Numbered from the stretch's first letter, positions 29,675 through 39,966 are shown. The stretch: DNA of 64,000 nucleotides from Corallococcus exiguus (GCF_009909105.1 NZ_JAAAPK010000002.1:413827-477826), one strand, 5' to 3'. A program made the numbers and translations. The notes: generated by a model from the sequence alone, not told the origin.

Positions 29675-31500
29675 TGGCGGACGTGCTGTCCGGTGTCGCG
29701 TCTCCCGCGGATGTGCGCGCGCTCCCCGAGGACGCGCTGCCCGGCCTGTGCGAGGCGCTGCGCGAGGCCATCATCACCACGTGCGGCCGCGTGGGAGGCC
29801 ACCTGGGCGCGTCGCTGGGCGCGGTCGAAGTGGTCGTGGCCCTGCACCGCGTCTTCCACACGCCGCAGGACGCGCTCCTCTTCGACGTGGGGCACCAGGC
29901 GTACGCGCACAAGCTGCTCACCGGCCGGCGCGACCGGATGCACACGCTGCGGCAGGCGGACGGCATCGCGCCGTTCCTGGATCCACGGGAGAGCCACCAC
30001 GACGCGCTGGCGGCCGGTCATGCGTGCACGGCCATCTCCGCGGCGCTGGGTCTGCTTGCCGGCCGGCGGCAGCTGGGGCACTCGGGCCACGTGGTGGCGG
30101 TGGTGGGCGACGGCGCGCTCACCGGGGGCCTGAGCTTCGAAGGGCTCAACAACGCGGGGGGCAGCCCGCTGCCGCTCGTGGTGGTGCTCAACGACAACCA
30201 GATGTCCATCAGCGCGAACGTGGGCGCCATCCCCGCGCTCCTGCGCACGCGCAACGCCCGCGCCTTCTTCGAATCGCTGGGCTTCACCTACCTGGGCCCG
30301 GTGGACGGGCACGACCTGGGCGCGCTCACGCGGGCGCTGCGCGAGGCGAAGGCGTCATCACGCCCGGTGGTGGTGCACGCGCTGACGAAGAAGGGGCGCG
30401 GCTTCCCGCCCGCGGAGGCGGACGAGCAGACGCGCGGCCACGCGATGGGGCCGTACGAGTGGCGCGACGGAAAGCTGGTGCGCTCGCGCGGAGGACGGCC
30501 CACGTACAGCGAGGCCTTCGCCCAGGTGTTGGGTGACGCGCTGGAACGGGACCCGCGCGTGGTGGCCGTGACGCCCGCGATGCTGGAGGGCAGCGCGCTC
30601 ACCGGCTTGAAGGCGCGCTTCCCTGACCGCGTGCACGACGTGGGCATCGCGGAGCAGCACGCGGTGACGTTCTGCGCGGGGCTGGCCGCGGCGGGCGCGA
30701 AGCCGGTGTGCGTCATCTACTCCACCTTCCTCCAGCGCGCGTACGACCAGGTGGTCCACGACGTGTGTCTACCGGGGCTGCCCGTCGTCTTCGCGGTGGA
30801 CCGGGCGGGGCTCGTGGGCGCGGACGGCGCCACGCACCAGGGCGCCTACGACGTGTCCTTCCTCCGGCCGCTGCCGGGCCTCACGCAATGGGCTCCGGTG
30901 GTGGGGGAGGACCTGGGGCCCATGCTCGCCACCGCGCTCCAGGCCTCCGGGCCCTCCGTGCTGCGCTTCCCGCGCGGCACTCTGCCGGACCTGCCGCCGG
31001 AGTTGGCACGGGACGGGACTGAGGCGCACGACGCGCGCGCTGGCGCGGAGGGGGGCAAGAGTTCCACGGCCTCGCGGCTGACACCGGCCGCGCTCCCCAT
31101 GCCGGGCGCCCGCTGGCTGAAGCGTGTGCCCGGCTCACGGCTGACCTTGGTGACACTCGGACCTCTGGGTTTGTCCGCGCTGGAGGCCGTGCGGAGCGAG
31201 CCGGACTGGAGCGCGCTGGACGCGCGCCGGGCGTGGCCCTTGGATGAAGCCGCGCTCCTGGAGGCCGCTGCGGGCGGGCACGTGGTGGTGGCGGAGGAGG
31301 GCACCGTCCGGGGCGGCCTGGGCAGCGCGGTGCTGGAGCTGTACGCCGCGTCGGGCGTGTCTCCCCGGGTGACGCTCCTGGGCATGCCGGACGTCTTCCT
31401 GCCGCATGGGGACGCGCGGGTGCAGCGCACACAGCTGGGACTGGATGCGGCGGGCCTGCTGCGCGCGGGCCGTGCGCTGCTGGGAGAGGAGAACCGGTGA
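29674..31500 (+). CDS. dxs: 1-deoxy-D-xylulose-5-phosphate synthase
   Basis: GGHLGASLGAVE...DVGHQAYAHKLLTGRR...GDGALTGG, the thiamine-diphosphate (TPP)-binding DXS motifs. The xseB-ispA-dxs order is conserved. Confidence 0.9.
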   Translation: MADVLSGVASPADVRALPEDALPGLCEALREAIITTCGRVGGHLGASLGAVEVVVALHRVFHTPQDALLFDVGHQAYAHKLLTGRRDRMHTLRQADGIAPFLDPRESHHDALAAGHACTAISAALGLLAGRRQLGHSGHVVAVVGDGALTGGLSFEGLNNAGGSPLPLVVVLNDNQMSISANVGAIPALLRTRNARAFFESLGFTYLGPVDGHDLGALTRALREAKASSRPVVVHALTKKGRGFPPAEADEQTRGHAMGPYEWRDGKLVRSRGGRPTYSEAFAQVLGDALERDPRVVAVTPAMLEGSALTGLKARFPDRVHDVGIAEQHAVTFCAGLAAAGAKPVCVIYSTFLQRAYDQVVHDVCLPGLPVVFAVDRAGLVGADGATHQGAYDVSFLRPLPGLTQWAPVVGEDLGPMLATALQASGPSVLRFPRGTLPDLPPELARDGTEAHDARAGAEGGKSSTASRLTPAALPMPGARWLKRVPGSRLTLVTLGPLGLSALEAVRSEPDWSALDARRAWPLDEAALLEAAAGGHVVVAEEGTVRGGLGSAVLELYAASGVSPRVTLLGMPDVFLPHGDARVQRTQLGLDAAGLLRAGRALLGEENR

Positions 31501-32237
31501 AGCCGAAGAAGGAACGCCTGGACGTGCTGGTGGTGGAGCGCGGGCTCGCCGAGTCGCGCACCAAGGCCCAGGCGCTCATCCTCGCCGGCCAGGTGGTGGT
31601 GGCGGACCAGCGCGTGGACAAGCCCGGCTCCCTGGTGCCGGTGGAGGCCGAGCTGCGCCTCAAGGGCGAGGTGATGCCGTACGTGTCGCGCGGCGGCCTC
31701 AAGCTGAAGGGGGCCATGGACCGCTTCGGCCTGGACGTGACGGGCCGCGTGGGCGCGGACATCGGCGCCAGCACGGGCGGCTTCACCGACTGCCTGCTCC
31801 AGCACGGCGCGGTGCGGGTGCACGCCATCGACGTGGGCTACGGCCAGCTGCACGAGAAGCTGCGCGTGGATCCGCGCGTGCGCTCCCGCGAGCGGGTCAA
31901 CGCGCGCTACCTCACGGACGAGGACCTGCCGGAGAAGGTGGGCGTGGTCGTCATCGACGTGAGCTTCATCTCGCTCACCCAGGTGCTGCCGTCGGTGCTG
32001 CCGTTCCTCTCACCGGGCGGGCTGCTCATCGCCCTGGTGAAGCCCCAGTTCGAGGTGGGCCCGGAGCGCGTGGGCAAGGGCGGCGTGGTGCGCGACCCGG
32101 AAGCGCGGCAGGACGCCATCGACACCGTGACGGCCTTCGTGCGCGAGCACGGGCTCAGCGTGCGCGGGTTGATGGACTCGCCCGTGCCCGGGCCCGCCGG
32201 CAACGTGGAAGCGCTCCTCGTCGCCGACAGGCCCTGA
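31497..32237 (+). CDS. tlyA: TlyA-family rRNA 2'-O-methyltransferase (haemolysin A-like)
   Basis: S4 domain (RLDVLVVERGLAESRTKAQALI) plus FtsJ-type methyltransferase (DIGASTGGFTDCLLQHGA). Confidence 0.85.
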   Translation: MKPKKERLDVLVVERGLAESRTKAQALILAGQVVVADQRVDKPGSLVPVEAELRLKGEVMPYVSRGGLKLKGAMDRFGLDVTGRVGADIGASTGGFTDCLLQHGAVRVHAIDVGYGQLHEKLRVDPRVRSRERVNARYLTDEDLPEKVGVVVIDVSFISLTQVLPSVLPFLSPGGLLIALVKPQFEVGPERVGKGGVVRDPEARQDAIDTVTAFVREHGLSVRGLMDSPVPGPAGNVEALLVADRP

Positions 32238-32246
32238 GGCCCGCCG

Positions 32247-33809
32247 TCACGGCTTGACGGCGCGGTATTCAGGCAGCGTGAGGGCCTGGACCAGGTTGTT
32301 GCCCACGCGCATCCACAGCCGCCCGCTGTCATCCACGGAGCAGGACAGGCTGCTGGAGACCTCGTAGCGGAACAGCTCGCCCTGTTCGGCGGAGTCCACC
32401 GCGACAATTTCCTGGGGCAGGGCGCCCGCCACGTTCGGGCCGGTGAGCAGGTAGAACTCCGCGCTCGTCGGCTGGCCCAACTGCACCTGGAGGATGCGCA
32501 GCTGCCCGGACGCGTCCACGGACGTGCCGCCCTTGTTCATGACGAGGCCGCTCGTCGAGTTCAGGAACCACACGCGCTGGTCTCCAATGGCCGCCACCTT
32601 CGAGCCGCCATTGAACGGCAGCAGGAAGCGGATGGGCACCGGGAAGGTGGTGCTGGACCACCGGTACGCGTTGCCCTCGCAGCCCGCGGCCTCCGTGGAG
32701 CAGGCCTCGATGCGCGACTGGTTGTTGTTGAAGTCGAAGGACATGAAGAGCGTGGAACCATCCACGCTGAACGACGCGGGCGGCGGCGCGCTGATGAGGC
32801 CGTTGTACTGGTAGATGATGCGCGTGCTCACCGGCTGGAGGTCCTGGCTCGTGGCGTTCGCGTCCAGGGTGGCGACCTCGATCTGCAAGGCGGGCCCGCC
32901 GCCACCCGCGGTGTTCGGATAGGCCACCAGCACCTGCTGGCCCTTCTCCTTGGGCGGGGTGATGGGCTGCAGCGGCGCGTTCTCGAACATCCACTGGAAG
33001 GAGCCGCCGGACGACGTGTGCTTGAGGCGCGACACCGTGTACAGGTCGTTCACCAGCGCGTCGCCGTTGGCCATCACCGACAGCTGCTGCAGCTTGTACG
33101 TGGCCGCGGTGCGACCGGAGGTGGCGAAGTTGGAGTCCACCGCCACGGCGCCCGAGCCCGGCGTCCACACCCACCGCTTGCCGCTCGTCGGGTTGATGCT
33201 GGTGATGACCGTCGAGGAGCTGCACGGGATGCCCAGCTCCACCGAGTTTCGCACCACGCCCGTCGAGTCCACGCGGAAGAGCGTGCCGGAGCCCGTGGTG
33301 GGGTTGCCGCACCCGATGAAGGCGACGTTGGTGCCGCTGCCCTCGGCGATGAAGAAGTCCGTCACCACCTGGCCGTTGGGGTCCGGATCCTTGATGACCT
33401 TCGTCACCGGCAGGAACGTGGCCGCCTGCGGCTGGGACGAGTTTGTCCGGCCGTCGGAGCACGTCGCCCGCGCGTTGAGCGACAGGCTCACGGCGAGGCC
33501 GCGGGTGTACTTGATTTCATTCGAGGCCAGCTCGAAGTCCATGGACCCGCTGGTGTAGGGCACGGTCTTCAGGAACGTGTCCTTGTCGTAGATGTCCACC
33601 CGCGACACGGCGTCACACCCGGACACGATGACCCGCACCGTCAGCGACGGGGCCGCCGTGTTGGGCTGCGGCACGGTGAGGGTCACCGTCGGCGGGTCCG
33701 GAGTGGGAGCCGGCTTCTCACCACCACAGGCGGCGAACACGGAAGCGCAGAAGGTCAGCGAGGCCAGGAAGGCCCGCGGCGCGAACGGGCGCGAAGGGAC
33801 GGAGTGCAT
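32247..33809 (-). CDS. Secreted lipoprotein of unknown function, beta-rich
   Basis: Start taken at ATG 33807-33809 (MHSVPSRPFAPRAFLASLTFCASVFAACGG, signal peptide plus lipobox). The track start at 33854 adds 15 residues. Confidence 0.6.
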   Translation of the reverse strand: MHSVPSRPFAPRAFLASLTFCASVFAACGGEKPAPTPDPPTVTLTVPQPNTAAPSLTVRVIVSGCDAVSRVDIYDKDTFLKTVPYTSGSMDFELASNEIKYTRGLAVSLSLNARATCSDGRTNSSQPQAATFLPVTKVIKDPDPNGQVVTDFFIAEGSGTNVAFIGCGNPTTGSGTLFRVDSTGVVRNSVELGIPCSSSTVITSINPTSGKRWVWTPGSGAVAVDSNFATSGRTAATYKLQQLSVMANGDALVNDLYTVSRLKHTSSGGSFQWMFENAPLQPITPPKEKGQQVLVAYPNTAGGGGPALQIEVATLDANATSQDLQPVSTRIIYQYNGLISAPPPASFSVDGSTLFMSFDFNNNQSRIEACSTEAAGCEGNAYRWSSTTFPVPIRFLLPFNGGSKVAAIGDQRVWFLNSTSGLVMNKGGTSVDASGQLRILQVQLGQPTSAEFYLLTGPNVAGALPQEIVAVDSAEQGELFRYEVSSSLSCSVDDSGRLWMRVGNNLVQALTLPEYRAVKP

Positions 33810-34253
33810 GGTTTCGCACTCTACCGCGCTCCCCCGGGAAGCGGGCGGGGCCACGTCCCTTACCGCGCCCGTCCCCCGGAATCCTGATCGCGAGAGCCCT
33901 GAAAACCCCCGCCGGCGCTTGCCCGCCCACCCTGCCTCCGGCCGGGCGGCGAGGGTGGTGCTGGAAGAAAGTGACAGTATGACTGTTTTCGTGGGATTCC
34001 ACCGCTACATAGGGGTGGGCGGGCGGTTTCCGGTCACCGGACCGTCACGCGTGTGCGGGATTCCGGAGGAAGAACACCGGTCCGGGGTATACGTCGCGCG
34101 CCTTTTCCCACCCCTCTCGCTTGAGGAGAGCCCCGTTCAACCGCTGGCCCGCGGACGGGTTAGACGGCATGATCCGGAATCGACCATGACCCCTTTCGCA
34201 CCCAACGGGTTTTCGCGACGTCGTTCCCAGTCTGGGCGGGGCGGAGGCGCGCC

Positions 34254-36767
34254 GTGAGGATCGAGATGTTGTCGTCTGAGCAGAGGGGGCGGGTGCTGGT
34301 GCTCGCGGCCAAGGCCGCGGGTGACGCGTTGGTGGAGCGGCTCACGGCGAGTGGCTACCAGTGCGCCTCCACGGAACGGGAGACCGGGCTGGCGGAGATG
34401 GTGGATCAGCTCCAGCCGGAGGTGGTGCTCCTGGCGGTGACGGCCAAGCGGGCGGCGGAGTTGCTGGAGACGGTGCGCAAGACGGACAAGCTCCAGCGCC
34501 TGCCGGTGCTGGTGGATCAGGGCCGCGCGCGCTCGGCGGAGGCCTTCAAGCGGCTGGCGGTGGACGACTTCGTGCGCGGCGCCGACGAACTGGTGCCCCG
34601 GCTGGAGTCCGCCCTGCGCGCCTGGAGGCTCAAGGAGCGCGAGGAGCGCATCCGGATGCGCATGGGGATGCTGCTCGAAATCACCCAGGCGGCCACCAGC
34701 TCGCTGGAGCTGGAGGAGATCCTCCGCATCGCGGTGGAGAAGGTCGGCCAGGTGACGGGCACGGACCGCTGCTCCGTGGTGTTGGTGGAGGGCAGCCACG
34801 CGCGCACGGCCACGGTCGTCGCGACGCAGGAGGACCCGAGCCTCGTCCAGCTGGACATCGAGGTGGCGCGCTACCCGGAGCTGCGCCGCGCGCTGGAGAC
34901 GCGGCAGCCCGTCCTGATTGAAGAGGCGCAGCGCGACCCGCTGATGGCGGAGGTGCGCACGTCGCTGCTACCGCAGGGCGTGAAGTCCATCCTGGTGCAG
35001 CCGCTCATCTGCCAGGACGACCTGCTGGGCGCGCTCTTCCTGCGCGTGTCCAAGGGCGAGGCGTCCATCGGCCGCGACGAACAGGAGTTCGCGGAGGCGG
35101 TGGCGGGCGTGCTCGCCAACTCCATCCGCAACGCGCGCCTGCACACGGCGGTGAAGAAGAAGCGCGAGGACCTGGAGCTGGCGTACGTGGAGCGCTACCG
35201 CGAGCTCAACGACGCGAACCGCCGCCTGAAGGAACTCAACCGCCTCAAGGATGAGATCATCGCGGTGTGCAGCCACGACCTGCGCGCGCCGCTCCAGGTG
35301 CTCCTGGGGCACGGCCGGCTGCTCCTGGAAGGGCCGCTGGAGACGCAGCAGAAGCAGTCCGCGGAGGCGATGATCCGCCAGGGCCGGAAGATCCTCACCC
35401 TGGTCGAGTCCCTGCTGGAGAAGGGCAAGGGCGAGGCGGCGCGGCTGTCCATCGAGCCTCGCGTGCTGGACGTGGCGCAGCTGTGCCGCGACGCCGTGGC
35501 GGAGCTGGAGATCCTGGCGGCGGAGAAGGCCGTGTCGCTGCGCTCCGAGTGCCCCGACAGCCTGATGCTGATTGGCGACGAGGTGAAGCTGCACGAGGTG
35601 CTGCAGAACCTCATCAGCAACGCCATCCAGCACGCCAGCGACCCGGGCGTGGTGGTGGTGCGCACGCAGCGGCTGTCGCGGCCGGACGGCGACGCGGTGC
35701 GGGTGATGGTGAGCGACAACGGGGTGGGGATTCCCCCGGACGAGCTGCACCTCGTCTTCGACCGCTACCGTCACGGGCCCAAGGGCACGGGGCTGGGGCT
35801 GGCCATCTGCAAGGAGTTCGTGGAGCTGCACGGCGGTGAAATCTGGGCGGAGAGCCCGGCCGACGGTGGCTGCACCTTCGTCTTCACGCTGCCCCTGGCG
35901 CAGGAGGCCGCGCGCAACCCCCGGCCGCAGCCCGCGCCCGGCGCCGCGCCCGAGCAGCCTCGCGTGCTGGTGGTGGAGGACGAGCCCGAAATCGCCGCGG
36001 TGCTGTCGGAGGTGCTGCGCTCGAAGTACCGCGTGGAGGTGGCGCGCGACGGCGCGGAGGGCCTGGCGAAGGCGCGCGCTTCACGGCCGGACCTGGTCGT
36101 GATGGACGTGTTCCTGCCCAAGCTGGACGGCCTGGACGCGGCCATGGCGCTCAAGTCCTCGTCGGACACTGCGCACATCCCGGTCATCCTCCTGTCCGCC
36201 CACCAGGGCGTGGCCGACAAGGTCCGCGCGCTCAACCTGGGCGCGGTGGACTACATGGCCAAGCCCTTCAACGCGGTGGAGCTGCTCAACCGCACCGAGC
36301 GCGCCCTCAAGCTGAGCCGGGGTGAGAAGGATCAGCAGGACAAGACGAACTCGCTGCAGCGGCGCACCGGCAGCGATCCGGTGACGGGCCTGCTCGACCG
36401 CCGCGGCCTGCTCCTGCGCTTGGAGCAGGAGGTGGCCCGCAGCCGCCGCTACCACCGCGCCCTCACGCTGGCGGTGCTGCGTCCGGACCGCGACCTGGAC
36501 GCCATGCCGCCCAACATGGCGGAGGTGATGCGCAAGCGCGTGCGCCACCCGGACTCCATCGCCCATCTGGGGCTGGGCGTCTTCGCGGTGGTGCTGCCCG
36601 AGTGCAACGCGGACGCGGCGCGCACGGTCATCAACCGCCTGATGCCGGACGTGGAGAACGTGACCTCCATCGAGTACCGGGCCGCCATGGCGGACGTCAG
36701 CCAGGACAGCGATCCGGTGGAGAAGCTGCTGGAGAAGCTGGGAGCCCCCCCGCCCGAGGCCCACTAG
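34254..36767 (+). CDS. Hybrid sensor histidine kinase: pseudo-receiver, GAF, HisKA/HATPase, receiver and a degenerate C-terminal GGDEF domain
   Basis: HisKA H-box (AVCSHDLRAPLQ), ATPase G-boxes (DNGVGIP, GTGLGLAICKEFV), receiver (VLVVEDEPEIAAVL...DLVVMDVFLPKLDG). In the C-terminal GGDEF-like fold, GLGVF replaces GGDEF. Confidence 0.85.
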   Translation: MRIEMLSSEQRGRVLVLAAKAAGDALVERLTASGYQCASTERETGLAEMVDQLQPEVVLLAVTAKRAAELLETVRKTDKLQRLPVLVDQGRARSAEAFKRLAVDDFVRGADELVPRLESALRAWRLKEREERIRMRMGMLLEITQAATSSLELEEILRIAVEKVGQVTGTDRCSVVLVEGSHARTATVVATQEDPSLVQLDIEVARYPELRRALETRQPVLIEEAQRDPLMAEVRTSLLPQGVKSILVQPLICQDDLLGALFLRVSKGEASIGRDEQEFAEAVAGVLANSIRNARLHTAVKKKREDLELAYVERYRELNDANRRLKELNRLKDEIIAVCSHDLRAPLQVLLGHGRLLLEGPLETQQKQSAEAMIRQGRKILTLVESLLEKGKGEAARLSIEPRVLDVAQLCRDAVAELEILAAEKAVSLRSECPDSLMLIGDEVKLHEVLQNLISNAIQHASDPGVVVVRTQRLSRPDGDAVRVMVSDNGVGIPPDELHLVFDRYRHGPKGTGLGLAICKEFVELHGGEIWAESPADGGCTFVFTLPLAQEAARNPRPQPAPGAAPEQPRVLVVEDEPEIAAVLSEVLRSKYRVEVARDGAEGLAKARASRPDLVVMDVFLPKLDGLDAAMALKSSSDTAHIPVILLSAHQGVADKVRALNLGAVDYMAKPFNAVELLNRTERALKLSRGEKDQQDKTNSLQRRTGSDPVTGLLDRRGLLLRLEQEVARSRRYHRALTLAVLRPDRDLDAMPPNMAEVMRKRVRHPDSIAHLGLGVFAVVLPECNADAARTVINRLMPDVENVTSIEYRAAMADVSQDSDPVEKLLEKLGAPPPEAH

Positions 36768-36772
36768 CCCGC

Positions 36773-38659
36773 GTGCGCCCGCTCCCGCTCCTCAGCCGTG
36801 CCGCCGTGATGTGCCTCGCGCTGGCCGCCGGAGGTTCGGGGGCCGCGCCCGCGAGGAAGGCCCCGGCCCCGCACGTCGACCGCGAGGCGATGCGCGAGGC
36901 CATGGATTCGAGCGACCGTGACGACGAGCCGTCCGCGTCGTCCGCCAGCTACGCGCACTACCTCCAGGCGCGGCTGATGCACCTGGAGGGCAACCACCGG
37001 GCCTCGGTGGACGAGCTGCGGCTGGCGCTCGCCACCGACGACGGCAACCCGACCCTCCTCACCCAGCTGGGCGAGGAGTACGCGCGCCTGGGTGACCTGG
37101 AGCGCGCCGAGCGCGAACTTCGCCGGGCCGTGGAGAAGGCCCCCACGCACTACGCCGCCCACGTGCTCCTGGGCCGGGTGTTGCTGGAGTCCGGCCGCAC
37201 GGCGCGCGCGAAGCAGCACCTGCGCCGCGCGGTGGCCCTGCGTCCCCGCGAGCCTGAGGCGTACCTCGTCCTGTCGCAGCTGTACCTGGACGCGAAGGCC
37301 CCCGACGATGCGGTGAAGGTGGTGGAGTCGCTGGCCCACGCGCTGCCGGGAGAGGCCTCCGGCTACCGGCGGCTGGGGCTCGTCCTGGCCGAGCGCGGCG
37401 ACGCGGCCCGCGCCGAGCGCCTGCTCGCGAAGGCCTCCGAGCGCGACCCGGGTGACGTGGAGGTGTGGTCCACGCTGGCCCGTCTCTACGAGGACTCCGG
37501 CCGTCCGAAGGAGGCGGAGGACGCGCTGGCCCGCGCGCTGGAGGCGGATCCGGACAGCCGCGAGGTGCTGCTGTCCGCGGGCCGTGCCGCGCTGAAGGGC
37601 GGGTCGGCGACCCGGGCGCGGGCTTACTTCGACCGGTTGCTGTCGCTCTCCGCGTCGCCGGAGTTGGCCGTGCGGGTGGCCTTCAGCTACCTGGCCTCCG
37701 GAGAGCCCGCCGCCGCGAAGGAGGTGCTGGACGCCGCGCGCAAGGACGCGCCGGACGAGCCCCGCCTCGCGTACTACGCCGGCCTGGTCGCGGAGCGCAC
37801 CCGCCGCTTCTCCGTCGCCGCCGCGGACTTCGCGAGCGTGCCCCCGGACTCGGAGGTGTTCCCCGACGCCCGCGTGCGCCAGGCCCGCTGTCTGTCGCTG
37901 GTGGGAGACCACCCGCGCGCGCTGGTGCTCTACCGCATGGCCATGTCGGAAGCGCCCGACGACGTGGAGGTACACGTCGGCTACGCCCGGGCGCTGGAGC
38001 GCAGCGGGGACGCGACGCGAGCGGAAGGCGTGCTGCGCGAGGCGCTGGCGGGGGAGGGCGGGGCGCTGGCGTACGACGCGCTGGCCACCCTGCTGGAGCG
38101 CCAGGGCCGGGCTCCGGACGCGCTCGCGCTCTTGAGGGACGCTGTCGCGAAGACGCCGAGGAACCAGGACCTGCAGTTCGCCCTGGCCACCCTGCTGGAG
38201 CGCCAGGGCGACGTGGCCGGAGCGCTGTCGCGCATGCGGGGGGTGCTCGCGTTGAAGCCGGACCATTCCGCCGCGCTGAACTTCATGGGTTACGTGATGG
38301 CGCAGCGGGGCCGGGACCTGGACGAGGCGGAGCGGTTGGTGCGCCGCGCGCTGGCGCTCCGGCCGGACAACGGGGCCTACGTGGACTCGCTGGGGTGGGT
38401 CCTCTTCCAGCGCGGCGACGCGAAGAAGGCCGTGGAGGTCCTGGAGCGCGCGGTGGAGCTGGCCCCGGACGACCCCGCCATCCTGGAGCACCTGGGGGAC
38501 GCGTACCTCAAGGCGGGCCGCGCCCCGGAGGCCGTCCGGACCTGGAAGCGCGCGCTGGAGGTGCTGACGCTGGAGCCGGAGGCCGCCGAGCCCGCGGACC
38601 AGCGCACCACCCTGGAGCGCAAGTTGAAGGCGCTACCCTCGACCGCGCCGGGCCGCTAA
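36773..38659 (+). CDS. Secreted TPR-repeat protein
   Basis: GTG 36773 lies just after the kinase stop; the track start at 36602 overlaps the kinase. Signal-like N-terminus, then many TPR units (AAHVLLGRVLLESGRTARAKQHLRRAVAL...). Confidence 0.7.
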   Translation: MRPLPLLSRAAVMCLALAAGGSGAAPARKAPAPHVDREAMREAMDSSDRDDEPSASSASYAHYLQARLMHLEGNHRASVDELRLALATDDGNPTLLTQLGEEYARLGDLERAERELRRAVEKAPTHYAAHVLLGRVLLESGRTARAKQHLRRAVALRPREPEAYLVLSQLYLDAKAPDDAVKVVESLAHALPGEASGYRRLGLVLAERGDAARAERLLAKASERDPGDVEVWSTLARLYEDSGRPKEAEDALARALEADPDSREVLLSAGRAALKGGSATRARAYFDRLLSLSASPELAVRVAFSYLASGEPAAAKEVLDAARKDAPDEPRLAYYAGLVAERTRRFSVAAADFASVPPDSEVFPDARVRQARCLSLVGDHPRALVLYRMAMSEAPDDVEVHVGYARALERSGDATRAEGVLREALAGEGGALAYDALATLLERQGRAPDALALLRDAVAKTPRNQDLQFALATLLERQGDVAGALSRMRGVLALKPDHSAALNFMGYVMAQRGRDLDEAERLVRRALALRPDNGAYVDSLGWVLFQRGDAKKAVEVLERAVELAPDDPAILEHLGDAYLKAGRAPEAVRTWKRALEVLTLEPEAAEPADQRTTLERKLKALPSTAPGR

Positions 38660-38671
38660 GGTCCCGGGCTC

Positions 38672-39508
38672 ATGGCCCGCCACGACGAAGGCTTCTTCAC
38701 CGGGAAGGACAACACCCGGCTGTTCTGGACGCTCGACCTGCCGGACGCGCCCCCGCGCGCGCACGTCGCCATCGTCCATGGCTACGGCGACCACATCGGC
38801 CGCTACCGGCCCGTCATCGACGCGCTGGTGCAGGACGGCTTCGCCGTGCACGGCTTCGACTACCGGGGCCACGGCCGCGCGGACGGACGGCGCGCCTACG
38901 CCGCGAAGTGGACCGAGTTCCTCGACGACCTGGACGGCTTCTGGCAGCGCGTGCGCAAGGCCGCGGGCAACGAGAAGATCTTCCTGCTCGCCCACAGCCA
39001 CGGCGGCCTGATGGCCGCGCACGCCCTGACCGGGAGACTGGAAGGCCTCTCCGGCGCCATCCTCTCCGCGCCCTACCTCAAGCTGGCCATCAGCCCGCCG
39101 GCCGCGAAGGTGCTCGCCGCGCGCATGGTGGGCACCTTGGTGCCGTGGATGAAGGTCCCCTCGGGCCTGGCCCCGGAGATGCTCAGCACCGACCCGGACA
39201 TCCAGAAGGCAGTCGGGGCGGACCCGCTCTACGTTCCCTTCGCCACGCCCCGCTGGTTCGTGGAGTCCACGGCCGCCCAGGCGCAGACGCTCGGGCTGGC
39301 GCCGAAGATTCAAGTGCCGCTGTTCGTGCTGTGCGGCCAGGAGGACGGGGTGGCGCTGCCAGCGGCGGCGCGGGCCTTCTTCGAGGCGGCGGGGACGGCG
39401 GACAAGAAGTTCAAGGAGTACCCCGGCATGCGGCACGAGCCGCTCAACGAGCGGGACCGCGCGACGGTGTTCCAGGACATCTCCGGCTGGATCTCCGCGC
39501 ATCTCTGA
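38672..39508 (+). CDS. Alpha/beta hydrolase, lysophospholipase/monoacylglycerol-lipase-like
   Basis: HGYGDH...LLAHSHGG (GxSxG-type nucleophile elbow), plus C-terminal Asp and His positions. Confidence 0.8.
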   Translation: MARHDEGFFTGKDNTRLFWTLDLPDAPPRAHVAIVHGYGDHIGRYRPVIDALVQDGFAVHGFDYRGHGRADGRRAYAAKWTEFLDDLDGFWQRVRKAAGNEKIFLLAHSHGGLMAAHALTGRLEGLSGAILSAPYLKLAISPPAAKVLAARMVGTLVPWMKVPSGLAPEMLSTDPDIQKAVGADPLYVPFATPRWFVESTAAQAQTLGLAPKIQVPLFVLCGQEDGVALPAAARAFFEAAGTADKKFKEYPGMRHEPLNERDRATVFQDISGWISAHL

Positions 39509-39561
39509 CATAATCAGGTCGCCCCGCTCCCGACGGAGCAGGCGCTGGCGAGGATCACCTC

Positions 39562-39903
39562 ATGGCACAGGGTGAAACGGGCATCATTGGCAAGGGCATC
39601 GTCATCAGGGGCAACCTCACGGGCGGAGGGGACCTGGTCATCGAAGGACGCGTGGAGGGGCAGATCGCCCTGAAGAACCACCTCACCATCGAAGGCACCG
39701 GGAAGGTGCAGGCGGACATCCGCGCCGAGGAACTGACCATCAACGGCGAGGCGAGCGGCAACATCGACGCCTCCACGCGCGTGGCCATCAACGCCTCGGC
39801 GAAGGTGGCCGGCGACATCAAGGCCCCACGGGTCGTCATCGAGGATGGTGCCGTGTTCAACGGCTCCATCGAGATGGACGTGAAGTTGCCGGACGACATC
39901 TAG
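39562..39903 (+). CDS. bacN: Bactofilin
   Basis: DUF583 beta-helix repeats (IIGKGIVIRGNLTGGGDLVIEGRVEGQIAL...). First of three tandem bactofilin genes upstream of a ParB-like gene and pyrE, as in the M. xanthus bacNOP-padC locus. Confidence 0.7.
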   Translation: MAQGETGIIGKGIVIRGNLTGGGDLVIEGRVEGQIALKNHLTIEGTGKVQADIRAEELTINGEASGNIDASTRVAINASAKVAGDIKAPRVVIEDGAVFNGSIEMDVKLPDDI

Positions 39904-39966
39904 CATCCACCGGGGACCGACCCACGGCCCCCCAGGCGCACAGCTTCGAGAAGGCGGACAACACTC

